From Octopus bimaculoides (lineage: Eukaryota): a stretch of 64,000 bases of DNA. Within the stretch, counting starts at the first letter, position 1. Every line of letters begins with the position of its first letter. Shown one piece after another: positions 1-15,040 of this stretch. The translations under genes and the position numbers were made by a program. Location of the stretch: contig NC_068993.1 of assembly GCF_001194135.2 (NCBI RefSeq), positions 64,806,716 to 64,870,715 of the forward strand. The letters run 5' to 3'. The notes beneath the pieces were generated by a model. It had not been told where the DNA came from, made no database searches, and worked only from the letters and a program-made list of their open reading frames with translations.

Positions 1-1313
1 TGAAACCAATAAAAGCACGTTTTTCCGACTGGGTGAAAATCATGCAACGTTGCCGTATTTTTATGTGCCAGAAACGAAATCTTATCTCCCGGCATGGTAA
101 CACATTTTTCAGGGCTTAGAGAGTTCAAGAATCAGCGATTTGCATAGAAAGTCACTGCGACTGTTTTTTAAACATGACATGAACGCATTCTTCTTGCTGT
201 TTTGGAACCTGGCTGACCTTTGAAAAGCGAGTGGTTCATTTACACACTCAAAAATTTAGAAAATCCATTAAGAGAAAGGACAAGAATCAGGAAACGATTT
301 TTATTTATCACGGCAATGCATGATCACTTACTTCTTGAACAACAAATCAAAAATTAACAAATTAGGCTGGTCAGTGGTCTGCATCAGCCTTACAGCTTGG
401 ATCTGGCAACTCTCTTTCCCATGGCGTACGGTATAATGACAGCTGCTAGACAGAAACAAGGAATGCATTAGCACAGTTGTTTCCATACCTCAGAACTAAT
501 CTACACCGAAATAGGTAAATTTTTTGCTCACTCTCTTCTGAGAAGGCGAAGTAGATTAAAAATTTCTTCATCGTCAGAGACTTAAATGTTTCAAATAATC
601 GTAACTTTAAAAATAAAAATATAGCAATATCGCCTCCCCCCACTCACATCCACAATATATTACACATTATATAATGAAAAGTGGAGTCGATATTAAAAAA
701 GGTGGTGAACACATCGTCATCTATTTTTAAAATTACCATCATCTGAAGCATTTAAAACTTACTTGTCCAACACCAAATCGATGAAGAAATTCGAAGTGTG
801 CTCAAGGTGTTCTCCGAGAATGTGAACGTGATCAGGTCGTCGTTGCCTCAAACTGGTCGGCTCCTACTTGTAACTATCTAATTTCTCTACTGCTGCTTGA
901 TTGGCATTTTCCCCCTTTCTGGTTTGCTAAACATTTTTATATATTTTACAATTTGATGAATTGCAACATTTTCTATTTTGCTACCAGATTAAATATTTTG
1001 AAAATAACTTCAGGTTTTTTTCATCTTTTGTGGTTTTATTTTGTTGTTTTGTTTTTTTTTTTAGTTGTATTTCGTTCACTAATCATGTTTTGCGCTATAA
1101 AAACTGTTGCCTACAAAAGGAGTGTATTATTTGGCAAAAATGATTGAAGAAAAGTGATAATATTCTTAATTAAGTGAACCTGAAAATAGTAGAAGAGAAG
1201 GAAAATATCACAGCTGAAGTCGTTAATAAAATAATTCTTTTTAATATTTGCATGCATCATTTATTCCTGTTTGATACCATTTTATTTATTTTTCTTCCTT
1301 TACAAACTTACAG

Positions 1314-1466
1314 GAACAACTACAAATGCAGAACTTTTGGGGAAAAAATGTGGCAATCAGACTCTGACGTTTGTATCTTCGAGCTGGAGTGTATATGTAG
1401 TGCTTCAACTAAAGAAATCAAACAGAAGCAACGCGTTGCTGGCGACATTCTATTCAGAGAAAAAAG
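1314..1466 (+). CDS. CUB gene exon C0 (C-terminal third of a CUB domain)
   Basis: Pyrimidine tract plus cttacag|GA acceptor; AAAG|gtaggt donor; 153 nt, phase 1-1. Translates (G)TTTNAELLGKKCGNQTLTFVSSSWSVYVVLQLKKSNRSNALLATFYSEKK, paralogous to C1 and C2. Confidence 0.85.
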
Positions 1467-4209
1467 GTAGGTGTATGTATGTGATCGTAAATGTTGGTTA
1501 TTTTGTATTATTAACACTGGAGGATTGTACGATAAATTTATGCTCGACATAATTTGGACTCAGAATGTAGAGGGTAGAAAGCCTTTTGTCAGGTACTCCA
1601 CCAATTCCAAAAAACTTCGCCTAAGGTATGATTCATATCCACTGTGTTTACCGAAAATTGCTCCTTCAAATACTGTATACGGAAGAAAAAAAACGGTCAT
1701 TAAGCTAATCTCTCGGAAAAGGTTGACTCTTCCACCGCAAAATATCAGACCGAAACTCTTGCTAAATGAACAAAGTCATTTACAAAGTTTACTAAGTTAC
1801 TATCAAGTCTACATGCAGAAAAACCGTAACTCTGGTGACCGAAAAAGGCATACTGTTCTTCCATGATGGGGCACTGCCTTTAAAAGTTTAGTACGTTCGG
1901 TATTTATTCTAACGATGGCGAGGCATCACAGTCCATTGCAGCATTACCTATTTACCGCTGAGTATGTGGTATATCTTTCGTATATACATTATATATGTAT
2001 GTATACATACACGTACACATAAATATGAAAGTATTTACGTATGTGTTTGTGTGCGTGCGTGCGTGTGTGTGTGTGTGTTTGTAAATATGCACGGATATAT
2101 CTTAATTATAAAGTTTTGTATATGTGTGTGATGTAGTCCATCTATGCTGGAACCACAGCATATCACAACGTGTAACTTCGTGCGATATCTTAAAAACATG
2201 TAATATCTTAATCATCAAATTCAATCAATACATGTTCATCATTTATTTCTGTACGTTAAAAACCTAAATACGGTGATGTGGCTTCGAAAGTCCCCTGACT
2301 GCTTCTGCGTTATTAGAAACTGTGTCTGGTGGAATTCCCCCGCCGCAGATACATTTGCTTCACATCACAACAGTCATCATTAATATGATAAAAGTTGCAT
2401 CGTTATGATATGTCGCGGTGCAACAAAGGATTATAATGAATTATACCAAAATAACGTTCATTAACCATTGGTTTTCCCCGTGGGGATCTGTAAATTAATC
2501 ATTCTTTATTAATGAACACTGTGGCGCCGTCTAGGATAAAAATAGATTTTAATCAAGATTTTTTTTAAAGTGTATAATCCGACAGCAGTAATTTGTTTCG
2601 CTTTTATTTCGTAATTAAATCAAATGACTTTAATTAATTATTATTTCCTATTAGTAGTAGTATTATTGCTGTTGTTGTCGTTATTGATTGTTGAATCATT
2701 AATTTACCGAACCAAAATGCAGGAATTAGTAGTATCTCTTTCCATTTCTCAGTTCAAATCCCGTTGAGGTCCATCTTACCTTTTACCATTCCAAGGGTCC
2801 TTAGTAATAACTCAGGACACCAAACTATTGTCCTTGTGCTTTTTATTTGAAACATTCAATATCATTATCATCATCATCATCATCATCACCATCGCTATAA
2901 AATTCAGACTCATCGTCATTGCGTTTACTAGAGGTTCAGTAGTTATAAAAGTATGTGCTACATTACAAATAGGAATTCTACTGCTTTTATCCGGATCCAT
3001 AAGGCTCGTATGTACTCCTGTTTCATTAGTTTTGCGAATTTACTGCTGTTTTATAGGCATCCTTCATTTTTTCATGCATTTTACATTGGCACTGACGTCA
3101 ATCCCGCTGCAATGATCTCACTTTTGCTGAGGTCCTTATAACGAGAAGAATTTCAGCTCAAAACGAAAGAAATTTCACTGATATTGTAAGTTGTTTCGTC
3201 AAATACTTCAACAATTTCGCCGATCTACTGCTTTGAACACGTCCTTTATTTGGAGATGTCCTAACGATGAAAGACAACGTTAAGCTAGATGAGTTTGGAC
3301 ATAGAATGCAGAAAGCTTCAATAAATACAAATCGTTCTATCCAGCACTCGAATGACTCTGTTAATTGCCCCATTAAACATATAATTCAGATTATATTCCT
3401 GAGGGCCTATATCTAAATGTCTGTTGAGTCTGGGCAGCTACTGAAAGCATTCTTTCGAGTGAGAAAAAAGTGAAACACAAAAAGTGTCTGAAACAAATAA
3501 ATAATAATTGGATATAACCAACATTATATATAAGCAACATAAATTGGCTGTTTTGTTTGCTTCCACGTTAAAAATGAAATTTTTTTTTTCTTCCAAATTG
3601 TTTAAACTGTTTCCATATTGTTTAAACTGTTTCCATATTTTGTATGTTTCTTATTTCTGGATGAAAAAGTAATCAGTCAACCGAATGAGACATCAGACTG
3701 ATCCAAGCAATATTACCTTCAGGCTTAAAAACTAATCTTAACAATTAGCTCGACGAATAAAAATGTGCCCTGTTCGGAGTTGTTTTTCTTGTTTAGTTCC
3801 GGCTCAGTCCTTCAACAAAGCAATTCCAACCTTAACTATCCCGTTTTTTTTTCCTTATATGTAAGGAAACTATATTCAGTATTGGATATGATTTGAAGAA
3901 GGTTTGCCTGTTCTCTCTTCTAGGGCGAGTTTATCACGACGAGGCTCTAACCTTAGTTCACTCTGTGTTGAGCCATAACAAATAAAACTCAGCTGACAAA
4001 GTTTGTCTTCGTGTAGAGTCATAACTTGCACACTGTAGTATTTTAGTAGTTTAGTATTTTATCCAATGAATTGTGCTGCGATAAAGGTTGCAAAGAACTG
4101 GTACGATAATAAAATTCCAATCGCCATCTTATAAACCACAGAAAGTTTATTAATGCAATACGAGTTTAAATAAGTTGTAAGGATTGTTATAAAGGAAGAT
4201 GAAAAATTG

Positions 4210-4310
4210 ACAGAATCGTTAGAAGATTGGATAGATGCAAGATGTAGTCCGAGTCTCAACGATTTGGGTTCAAATCCGGTCGCGGTCGACTTAACGATTC
4301 AATTTTGGGA
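4210..4310 (+). mobile_element. Degenerate SINE head (family A)
   Basis: gacagaatcgttag...gggttcaaatccggtcgcggtcgactt resembles the family A 5' half seen at 30783. Confidence 0.4.
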
Positions 4311-5374
4311 AACGATGCAGCGGGTTGACGGAACTATTACATATTCGAGCCAGATGCTCTGCAGTATCTATTCCAGCTCTTTGTGTTATAAAAATATTAC
4401 CTGAGGCAATATTGGTGCCAAGCTGTTGGCAGTTTTTTCCTGTGGATAACCAATAGTGAGTAAAAACTTCCAGACACAGGCAACTGTCAGTCTTCCGCGC
4501 AAACTTTTGCCCGGACTGGTGCCTACATGTTTTAATCGGAAAGTTATAACGATAAAAGCTCCCAAAGATCTTATGCTTATTCAAGTTTTCTGCATTTAGC
4601 AATATTACTAGATTGGAAAATTACATTAAATTCAGAAGCAATCATATAATTATTAAATAATTATTTCATTATGCATTCAAGGTCAACATGATTGTCAGTA
4701 AGAAGTCTGCATTTCATATACTAAAACCATAAAAAAATACAAAGACTTACAGAATATACGATGTACAAGATATAGGGGTTGTTTTATGTTCCTGAATTAT
4801 TTATTCATTCACTAAGCACACTGACCCACATATGTCTTAAACAGATTTTGCTCAGTTAGTTTCTAAAATATATTTTGTGTATTTAGTGAAATAATTTGCA
4901 TGCCAAGAGCCGAAATTTTGACAGCCTCTTAAAAGAGACTGTCAAACATAGGATTTATATTCAGCATCTCAAACAAATGAAACTGCGGAGACAGCTTTCA
5001 CTATGGTGTTGTTGTTGTTGTTGTTGTTGCTCGAATTCCATCTACAACTATCCAACCAATCTTTGATCATTGCGTGTCCAGGATAACGTTATCCAAAATA
5101 GCCCTCTCTTTTCAGAACAGTAGGCTATGGTTTGAGAGATATTTCGCTACCATTTCTAGCAGGGGCGTCGGGAGCAACTACATATTTTCTCGTTGGTTCG
5201 GTAGATTTGTTGTTAAGCCACTTCGAATCACAAATATTCTGAACCGTAGCAAACGACCGAGAATACAAGCTTTAACATTATTCTATCCACCAAGTTTTTA
5301 ATATGGTCTCTTATGTAGAATTATGTTGCAGAATCGACTGTAATCCAAAGATATTTTCTCATTCATTTTGGCAG

Positions 5375-5465
5375 AGGCTCAGTGTAAGGATATCGATAAC
5401 CGAATAAGCTTTTCCGATCAGAAGAACTACATATCCTCTCCCGAATTCCCGCGAATATACAGAAG
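5375..5465 (+). CDS. CUB gene exon A1
   Basis: ttttggcag|AG acceptor; GAAG|gtaaga donor; 91 nt, phase 1-2. Translates (E)AQCKDIDNRISFSDQKNYISSPEFPRIYR with Cys1 and the SPxFP motif. Confidence 0.88.
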
Positions 5466-5490
5466 GTAAGAATTTTGGTTATTCTCAAAC

Positions 5491-5500
5491 ATTTACAAAC

Positions 5501-5544
<44 letters not shown>

Positions 5545-6112
5545 TTGTGTATATGTCTTTGTGTGAGTGTATGTATATATATATATGTATGTATGTATTT
5601 ATGTATGAATATGTGCATATATATATGTATGTATGTATTTATGTATGAATATGTGCATATATATATGTATGTATATATTTATGTATGAATATGTGCATAT
5701 ATATATATATGTATGTATATATTTATGTATGAATATGTGCATATATATATATGTATGTAGATATTTATGTATGCATACGTGCATATATATATATATATAT
5801 ATGTATATACACACACGTACATATTCCTACTCACTCATGTATATATGTTTACATATATTCTTTTATTCCTTTATACCTTTCAGCCATGCGATTGCTTTCA
5901 TATATGTATGCATGCATGTATGTATGTATGTATGTATGTATGTATGTACATATGTATACACGCATGTATGTATGTGTGTATGCAAGTATGCCTGTATGTA
6001 TGTATATGCATATGTATATGTATGTGTGTGTATAAATATATGTATATACACACGCTCAAATATGCACACACACGTGAGTGTTTAAGTATATCTATAAATA
6101 TATACATGTGCA

Positions 6113-6151
<39 letters not shown>

Positions 6152-6200
6152 GTATTTGTGTATGTATGTATGTTTGTATGCATGTATGTATGTATTATAA
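5491..6200. repeat. Compound TA/TG/TATG microsatellite (representative; similar tracts occur throughout)
   Basis: Direct reading. Other tracts at about 10070-10720, 13600-14170, 18940-19920, 20700-20790, 23630-24280, 27315-27410, 28185-28300, 31320-31380, 45385-45465 and 53615-53685. Confidence 0.95.
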
Positions 6201-7299
6201 AGAAAGTGAGCGTGAAAAGGGGAGTTAAAATAAGATTCTTTTCTTGTAGATAGATCGCAAAAAATGTCTTTGTCTCTCTCAGTCGCTTTTTATAGTCCAA
6301 TTTCTAGCGTATGTACTTGTAATCCTCTGTGTGTGTGTATGTGTGTCCGTACTTGCGGGGAGGGGGACGCACTCGCGTTTCTTTTTTTTTTTTTTGTCTC
6401 TTTCTATTTTACTCCTCCACCAAGATCATGGTAATTTCAGTAAAGACTACTTTGTCGTAACTTCCAGTAACTTCTTCAAGGAATTCTTTCATCTTTATTG
6501 CTTATGATTTACCGATTCACAGAGGAAATCATAATGGTCGAATGGATAATTTATCGCATCGACTCACCAGCACCAGCCCCTATGCCACCCCCTTTGCACA
6601 TGTCTAAGAACGGTGGTGTTGTGGGGCTTCTTCTACTAGCTCTGATAATGTGCTGTTGCTATTTTTGTTGTTGCTAGGTTCGGTGATAGTTACGGTAACT
6701 AATAGATGTGCTATTCTTTCTACAAAGTTTCATATTAAAGCCACTCTACTTCTCTGAAATACAAGCCAACTAGGATGGGTGCATGTTGCCTCTTAACGCG
6801 CTAGGAACTCTAGTCAAATCTCACTTAACTCTTATCTAACCCTCCGCCTTGTTTAGGGATAATACTCTCATTGGTTTCCTACATACAGGAAGATGAGATG
6901 GTGACAACAAGAATACTTTGAATCATAGTGCTTGTCGATCAAGGCAAACTTGGAGTTAAACTACAGTAAATTCCTTGAAATACGAGACAAAAAGAGAGTG
7001 ATGTTGCTTTTAGAAAACAGGCAGCCAAATCCCCTTCAAATTACAGCTTAAATGTAAAAAGACACCTTGGCTAATACAGCCCCAGATAAGGAGCACTGGT
7101 TGGTAGAAAGATTAGGGATTTTTTTTCTTTTCGTTCTGAGTACAACTTTTTATCATTATCAAGTCGATTAAATAGGTACCAGTGAGTAAAGTAAGAACTG
7201 GGGTTGATGCATACAAATCCAGTATGGCTGCACTTTACTGAAGAAAGCCTATAAACAATAAACATGTCCGATGAAGACAGAATGGTCGCGATTGAGTTA

Positions 7300-8600
7300 T
7301 CAATGATCCTGAAGATCGTCTAGTGGCAGTTGGCTTGTCTTAATTTTGGAGGGCAGTGACACCCTGTTGGACGTGAAAAAACGGAGCTTTGGTTTGGAGT
7401 CACAGTCGAGATCTTCTTCCAAACCAAATCGAAGAATGAGGAAAACATCCTAGACCTTATCCCCTTGACTAGTGCTGTGGAGATAAAAGTTGCAGTTGAG
7501 GTAAGAAAGTCAATAAGTCACTTGTGTGGTGCTGAAGGCCATTTCCGAGATTCCAGCCCGAAACAAAAAACAGGAGGGAGAACGCAGTCACAACTGCCAA
7601 CACCACAGCCCCATTAACAAGTGTAGCGTACAGCAGTAAAAGCAGCAGCAGCAGCAGCAGCAGCAGCAAAGGGGACAGACACAATAGTAGCAGCACCAAA
7701 ATCAACAAGTGCAGAACTAACATTCGCCACCCAAGAAGTCTTCAACTTAACTCCCTCTCTTTCAAACACAAATGTACATATGGACACACACGAAAACTAG
7801 GTCTATCTGCACTCCCACCAACATCGGATCTTCCAGATATGGAAATCTCATTCTGGGAGGAGGAGGAGAAACAACAAAATTTATAAAACAAAAAACAACA
7901 AAAAGATAAAAAATCATAAAAATGCTCCACCCATTCTAAACGAACGACATAATCATGACCGTCTCACCGGAAGTAAACCTACACTAAACACAGCCAAATT
8001 CACAACTCCTCCAATATCCACTTCAACATAATGAAATCACACAGGAATAACACTGCAGACCAACACACAAAAGCAACATCAACAAAACACCCACTCTAAA
8101 CTTTGTACTGAGAAGGAGCGTGATTATATCACTGATGTCCTTAATTGTATAAGTACCACAAAATTTGAAATCAGTGAAACTGGACAGGAATAATTTATCC
8201 AATGAAACGGGTATTAAATATCGGTACTGGAAGAGTGGAATAATCACAAGATCGACCCTTCCCCACCCCCAGAAGGACTGTACAGTGATCAAAATAGAGG
8301 TAGAGATGCTGTTCACACCCGAATGTTTTCGAGGGATTCTCGAGCTTATCAGTATGAAAATTGGGAACACAAAAGAATTGTGATAAAAGATAGGTTTTAG
8401 CATCTAGCCCGGTGTTCAAAGTAAACTGACACTACTCGGAACTGTTTCGCATTGCCTGCTGGACAAGCTTCCCTCCTTTGATCCTTTTGTATGTATTGAC
8501 TCTTCAGCCACTTTTACATAAGCTGGGACACTTGAGAGACATCTCTTTGGAATTAGGCTATTCAAGGTCCTTGTAAACGATGTCGAATGACACTGTAAAG
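7300..8600 (+). mobile_element. Probable highly degenerate non-LTR retroelement fragment(s)
   Basis: Purine-rich, broken reading frames, with a weak Cys/His motif near 8400-8460 (ARCSK..DT..NCF). No clean RT motif recognised. Confidence 0.3.
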
Positions 8601-10113
8601 GAAGAGGTCAAAAGAATGCATTCAGTTTTGATGGCCGATATTTGCTTATAAATTCTATTCATTTATTCGTTGTACTTCTGTTGTTGAATCGCTACCCTGC
8701 TAAAGAAGGAATTCGAGTTTGCACCTCACGGTATTCAAGATGTTGATTCAAGGGAATTTTCTTTCAGTGTAGTTGTCTAATTTTAAAGACAGTGCAAGTT
8801 CATATGTTATGGAGCGAAAATCTTTAGCAGTTAAATGAATGTCAATGTATCGTAAACCAGAAAAAAAAAACTCTTTCATCTAATTCGCTATGGAATACAA
8901 CAATGACAAACCCCTTTTTTAAATACATAAGTAATAAAAAGAAATAAATTGACATATACTTTAAGCTAATTGCCGTTAAAATTTCCTACAACTTAGCAAA
9001 ATGTACTTTTTAAATTCAATCAACAATGAAATTCAATGAGCGAAACAAATTGATATTGAGGTACTTCGAAATGCAAAAGAGAGATGTGAAAAGGAAGTTA
9101 TACTTTTGACTCCAAAAACTGTGAAGTCTTTGCAACCATTCATCAAAACTTATCAATATTACATCGAAACCTGGAGATGAAAAGGTCACTGAAAACAACT
9201 TTTGAAAGAAAAGCGAAATTAAAAACGACACTGATGCAAGCAAAGCTACATTCGAAAACTATGCATGTAAAAGTGAGGAAATATATTTACCGAATTTTGA
9301 AGCGAGCAACTATTTATTAGAAAATTCTGATTTCCATTACAAGGAAGAATCTATTTCAAAAGTAACTTTCCGTGTTGCTCCTTATATTTAATATATATTT
9401 TGATACACAAAGACTGCAGAGAACATTATATTGGTCAAACTGGCCTAACACTATGTAGAAGAGTGATTCTGAACCGCAGCATATAAGACAATCATACGCA
9501 AGGAAAAAAACCCTGAATCAACATACTGGTGATTGTGTATGTCGAACCTTGCAACGAGTAAACATTAAATTGGTAATATATTTTGAAAATATATACAACC
9601 TTTCAGTACCTTTTCGATTTTGATTTTTATATTTATATGTGCGCGTTTGTGTATATGTGTGTATGTATGTGTGTGCATAAATGTGTGTGATATTGTATAG
9701 TACACTGAATATAATACAACGCTAGGTCCAGTAACATATCTTCAAAAAATAAAGAAAACGGTTTTCTGGGATACTCAAAAATACTCTGTAGTGTTGTATG
9801 ATGAAAAGAAAAAGAGTTATGTTACTGAGCCACAAGATAACATTTGAGGAAAATAAAATAATTTGTATACCAAACAACTATATAAACAGAATTAATCACT
9901 GTCCTGCATAAAGAGGGGTGAGTTTTAAAATACATAAGAAATTGGACAGTAGTAGTGAAAGAACGATGTATTATATTTAATCTACTATATCATATTGTAT
10001 AAATATTTCACTTTACACTTGTACTGAGTACTCTATTTCTCTTCGCGTGAACACATATCATTTACAAATACGCACGCACACGCACACACACACACACATA
10101 CACACACACACAA

Positions 10114-10149
<36 letters not shown>

Positions 10150-10246
10150 ATATGTATATATATGTATATATGTATATATATGTATATATGTATATATGTA
10201 TATATATGTATATATGTATATATATGTATATATATGTATATATATG

Positions 10247-10279
<33 letters not shown>

Positions 10280-10673
10280 GTATATATATGTATATATATG
10301 TGTATATATATGTATATATATGTATATATATGTGTATATATATGTATATATNNNNNNNNNNNNNNNNNNNNNNNNNNNNNNNNNNNNNNNNNNNNNNNNN
10401 NNNNNNNNNNNNNNNNNNNNNNNNNNNNNNNNNNNNNNNNNNNNNNNNNNNNNNNNNNNNNNNNNNNNNNNNNNNNNNNNNNNNNNNNNNNNNNNNNNNN
10501 NNNNNNNNNNNNNNNNNNNNNNNNNNNNNNNNNNNNNNNNNNNNNNNNNNNNNNNNNNNNNNNNNNNNNNNNNNNNNNNNNNNNNNNNNNNNNNNNNNNN
10601 NNNNNNNNNNNNNNNNNNNNNNNNNNNNNNNNNNNNNNNNNNNNNNNNNNNNNNNNNNNNNNNNNNNNNNNNN

Positions 10674-10722
<49 letters not shown>

Positions 10723-11489
10723 GTGGGGTTGTACCTATCCATATGTGCATCTATATCGAAAAAATTGATTGCCTCAATTCAGAAATAGTCCAATTATGCA
10801 CAATCAACATTTTTTCCGTATGCTAAGAGTAATTCTCATTATTTTATTATTTCTTTGCAATTTTTTTTATTCTGTAGCCTTTCTTTGAATCACCGATTCC
10901 ATGAATATACAATATTCATTCATATGGGATATTAGAATCTAATTTAGTTTTCTCTTATTAGAGACTACTCCAGATATAACCAAGATTTCACATTTTTCCT
11001 GACATTGTTTCTATGCTGATATATACGTATATGTGTTTGAGTGTGTGTATGTGAACGCGTGTCTATACTTTTAATAGTGTTATTCTTGTTAAATTGTTCG
11101 TCAATGTTCCTGCTAGATTTCTCACTCACTCTCAAGAATAATATTTCCGACAATTCCACTATTATAATAAAAATATCCCCCAACTTAATTAAACTATATT
11201 TTAATCTTTTCGTTTTGTTTTTATTGTAGAAGTGGGTTTTAAAGCTATTTCTTCTTTCTATTTTTCTGTATCTTTTTGGCATATTGGTAATATACTGTGT
11301 ATTTTTTTATTTGTTTTTCTTCTATATATTCATTTATTTACTATAATATTTAGATTTCTCTTTACGTCGTGCAAAAAGTCAATTATTACTAATCTTTTCG
11401 TTAAAAAATCAATACGGATGAATGAAGCGATTTTAAACTCCTATTTTATCGTCATTAGCAAAGTATTAATTTTGTTTCCGATACAAGTC

Positions 11490-11544
<55 letters not shown>

Positions 11545-12284
11545 CTCCAGAGATTTTATTCACTTTGTTTACCGACACTACAACTCTACCATTATACTTC
11601 CACGAAATGCAATCCTTATGTTTTGATTTTCTTTTTTAAATAAATGTGCACATATGTGATACATTTCCACACCTTTCGAATTACCCCGCCATGTATCATT
11701 AATCATTTGCATAGCACATATACACACATACGCATATATAAAAATATGCGTATGTATGTGCGTGCGCGTGTACATATATATGTATGTAAATATATATATG
11801 TATGTATGTATGTATGTGTGTGTGTGTATAGATCGCTAGCTACTAAACCTTTTCTGTTTATTTCTGTGTTCCTTTCTGTCGAAGAGCGTAGGCGCGAAAC
11901 GTAAAAGACTTTCTCACTTCCCGAGCGTTAAACTAATACAACTGTTTGTTGTATACACACCCGTCTTCGTCCTTTGCGTTTTTTGTAAAGTCTCACTATG
12001 TATATATATATATATAATATATACACCCGTAATATACACACGTAATCCATTATTACGCATCTCTTTGTTCCTATTACTGTCATTATCCGGTACTCTATTA
12101 AACTGTTACCAACACAAGCACAGTCGGTATATATAAGTAACTGGACAGGATGAGGAAGGAATTCGTGCATGGATATGGAAGGAATTCGTGCATGAATTCG
12201 TGCATGGCAAACGTGTTCAAGGACTTTACGTAATCGTACTATGTGTACGAAAATGATTAGATTTTCTAAACAGTATTCTGTGAC

Positions 12285-12478
12285 TAGCACGCCGAGCAAA
12301 ATGCTTGGCGGCATTTCGTCCGTCTTTACGTCTTGAGCTCAAATTCCGCTGAGATCGACTATGTCTTTCATCCTTTCGGGGTCGATAAAAGAAGTACCAG
12401 TCATATACTGGGTGAATATATTCGACTTACGCCCTCTCCCAAAATTACTGGCCTTGTATCAAAATTTGAAACTAATAT
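12285..12478 (+). mobile_element. SINE family A copy (tRNA-related, octopus OK-like)
   Basis: Shares tagcacgccg..aaatgctt..ggcatttcgtccgtctttacg..gagctcaaattccgctgagatcgact..ctttcatcctttcggggtcgataaa..aagtaccag with at least 8 other copies in the window. Confidence 0.8.
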
Positions 12479-12518
12479 TGTGTGACTATTATACCCGTGT
12501 CAATCGTATGAACTGGTG

Positions 12519-12770
12519 TGTCTTAGCATAACTCCTCGTAGCTCGGGTAGTTTCCAGTCCGTGCATTATGGAACGTTCTACTCTTTCAGTGAGTGCAATA
12601 AATCCTTATGTCTTTACGTTTATTAAGAAGGTGTTTATTATTAGTTAATGCACTCACCTCGGTACGGTTTTACGTGTGTGTGTGCTATGGTGTGTAACTT
12701 CCTAACTTTTATATACTACGTTTGTATGCGTGCGTTGCCCAGCCAGTGAGCAATCCGCAGAGGTGCTACA
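12519..12770 (-). mobile_element. Possible solo-LTR-like fragment
   Basis: The minus strand begins TGTAG and ends ACA, with tatataaaag followed by two aataaa. No target-site duplication found. Confidence 0.3.
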
Positions 12771-13617
12771 ATGACATTCAAGGAGCGAGGACTTTGGGTG
12801 GTCGGGATCGTCAGTTATCTTATATACAGTAGCGAGTGGTGGAACGCATGCCTGGTGGGTGTAACGCTGTCCAGTTGGATCTGTAGAATTGCCAGGAACT
12901 TTTCAGCACCCCCTCGTATCAAAGCTTAGCAACTGCCCATACTTTACTCACTACTTAACCTTTTTTTTTCCAACTGCATTGCCCTTTATTTTCCTGTTAG
13001 AAACTCTTTCACTTCACAGAAACTCTTTCACATTCATTCATTTATTTATGATATGTATTTGCTATTAGTTAAAAAAGTTTTAATTTAAATTTGAAAAATG
13101 TTTGTAAATTCTAAAACTATTCTTGTATGGGATTTTTCTTTGGTTATAAAGGTAACAATTACGTTAGTCCAAATCGTTCTATTCAACTTTTACACATTTA
13201 TTCGTTTTGCTCCTGCGGTCAGTTGTATGTACATACATACATACATACATACATACATACACATATCGGTCTTACAAGATAATTAGTGTCGGTCTTCATA
13301 ATGGATACATGTGCCAATGGTGAAGAATGGAGACAACATTTAAAACTTATTTAATCCTATTTCGTATGATAACAATATTTAAACGAAGCATGAATTTCAA
13401 GCGACGTCAAATAAAGCAATTATAATAACTCCGGACAACCGATGGCAGATCATAATTTTGGCAGGCGTCGGCGTAATAGATCATCATTCGTTGAATCGGG
13501 AATGTTTCCTTATAATGACGTTCGAGAATGCGACAGACATTCATACATCTTCAACAGCCGTGCCCGTGCGAATATGGGGCTGTATCTATGTGTGTGTTTG
13601 TGCGTGTGTGAGCGTGT

Positions 13618-13659
<42 letters not shown>

Positions 13660-13849
13660 TCCTGCATACCCATGCACACACTACGTACAAACTGAAGCGG
13701 AGATACTTCATGCCAGAGGCATAGACGAATAGATCACGTGGACGACAATATATAGCGATATAATAGCGCAGTAGAAGCTGTTGAAGATAAGCGAAAGTCC
13801 ATCTAAAACAGCGAACAACATTATCTTTCGCTCTATATAAATATATATA

Positions 13850-13881
<32 letters not shown>

Positions 13882-13905
13882 TTCTCTCTCTCTCTCTCTT
13901 TCTCT

Positions 13906-13963
<58 letters not shown>

Positions 13964-14026
13964 NNNNNNNNNNNNNNNNNNNNNNNNNNNNNNNNNNNNN
14001 NNNNNNNNNNNNNNNNNNNNNNNNNN

Positions 14027-14068
<42 letters not shown>

Positions 14069-14298
14069 GAGAGACACACCGGCATACACACACATATACA
14101 TGCATGCCTCCATACATACATACTTACATGCATACATACATACATGCAAATACACACACAGACATACACACATACGCGTATGATGTAGGTAGTTAGGGTA
14201 AATTCAGTATGTTGTCCCAGTTGTTGCTCTATATTAGTTCAAATTATATATTAATTTTGAGAATTATGCAAATACTATTTGCAAAATTATTGTATATA

Positions 14299-14600
14299 AA
14301 CACAGGAAATTAAAGATTTTTGGCATTATTTATCCACCATTACACGTGTTTCATTTTCTAATAGATATTACTAAGTTATACATGTAAGAGAAGCATATAA
14401 GGAATTTCCTATCAGAAATCCTTCAGACAGGAATTAAATAATATTTGTATTATTTGATTTGAATATTATTCAATTTCTCTGTCTAATAAGAAATTCCTTA
14501 TATGCTTATCTTACATGTATAACTTAGTAATATCGAATAAAAAATGAAACACGTGTAATGGTAAATAAATAATACCAAAATATTTAAAATTTCCTGTGTT
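14299..14600. repeat. Foldback palindrome (about 145-bp arms, short loop), MITE-like
   Basis: aacacaggaaatt...ccattacacgtgtttcatt...gatattactaagttatacatgtaag..aagcatataaggaatttc matches its reverse complement at 14462-14600; TA-rich flanks. Confidence 0.85.
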
Positions 14601-14614
14601 GTTATTTATATATA

Positions 14615-14835
14615 TGTAGTGAGTCGAGGAAGCTCTATTTGATGGTCACGTATTGGCACAGTTGTGTTTTAGCAACTGTAGGCAATCAGAGTTGGTCGTC
14701 TACCTATAAAAGCAGCAGTCATAAACCCAACAGGAGCGTGCTTTTTGTAGTCAGTAAGTAGAAGACCTCGACGCCACAACCGACAGCGGATAGATCTCCA
14801 CGATCGTCAGTGATCTGATCTCCACAACCTTAATT
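14615..14835 (+). mobile_element. Possible LTR-like fragment
   Basis: Starts TGTAGT, contains cctataaaagc and is GC-richer than its flanks; no TSD identified. Confidence 0.25.
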
Positions 14836-15040
14836 TTTCAAAATATATATTTTTGATAAGGTTCGTTTTTTCAAGAAGAACCGAAACATGTAAAATATCT
14901 CTCAGAAAATTAAAATTTATCTTATATAGCGGCGTTTTCAAACTCGTATGCCGGGATGGTTGCATCCAAGTAAATACTGGTTCAATACCTAGTATTGCTG
15001 GGGGAATGAAATCCTCTTAAAACAATAGGTATATATTAAG

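Noticed and set aside
760-880. GC-richer stretch reading ...CAQGVLRECERDQVVV as exon B0
   Set aside because: Upstream in-frame stop, only 5 residues between the Cys, no CxW, and no phase-1 donor compatible with C0.
5599-6300. Long ORFs of YI/CV/HT/RE dipeptides here and throughout the ORF track
   Set aside because: They are translations of TA/TG/TATG/GA microsatellites or N gaps, which lack stops by composition; not genes.
13458-13600. ttttggcag|GC-initiated frame GVGVIDHHSLNRECF as an extra CUB exon
   Set aside because: Cys spacing and downstream motifs do not match the C exons, and it runs into microsatellite without a donor.
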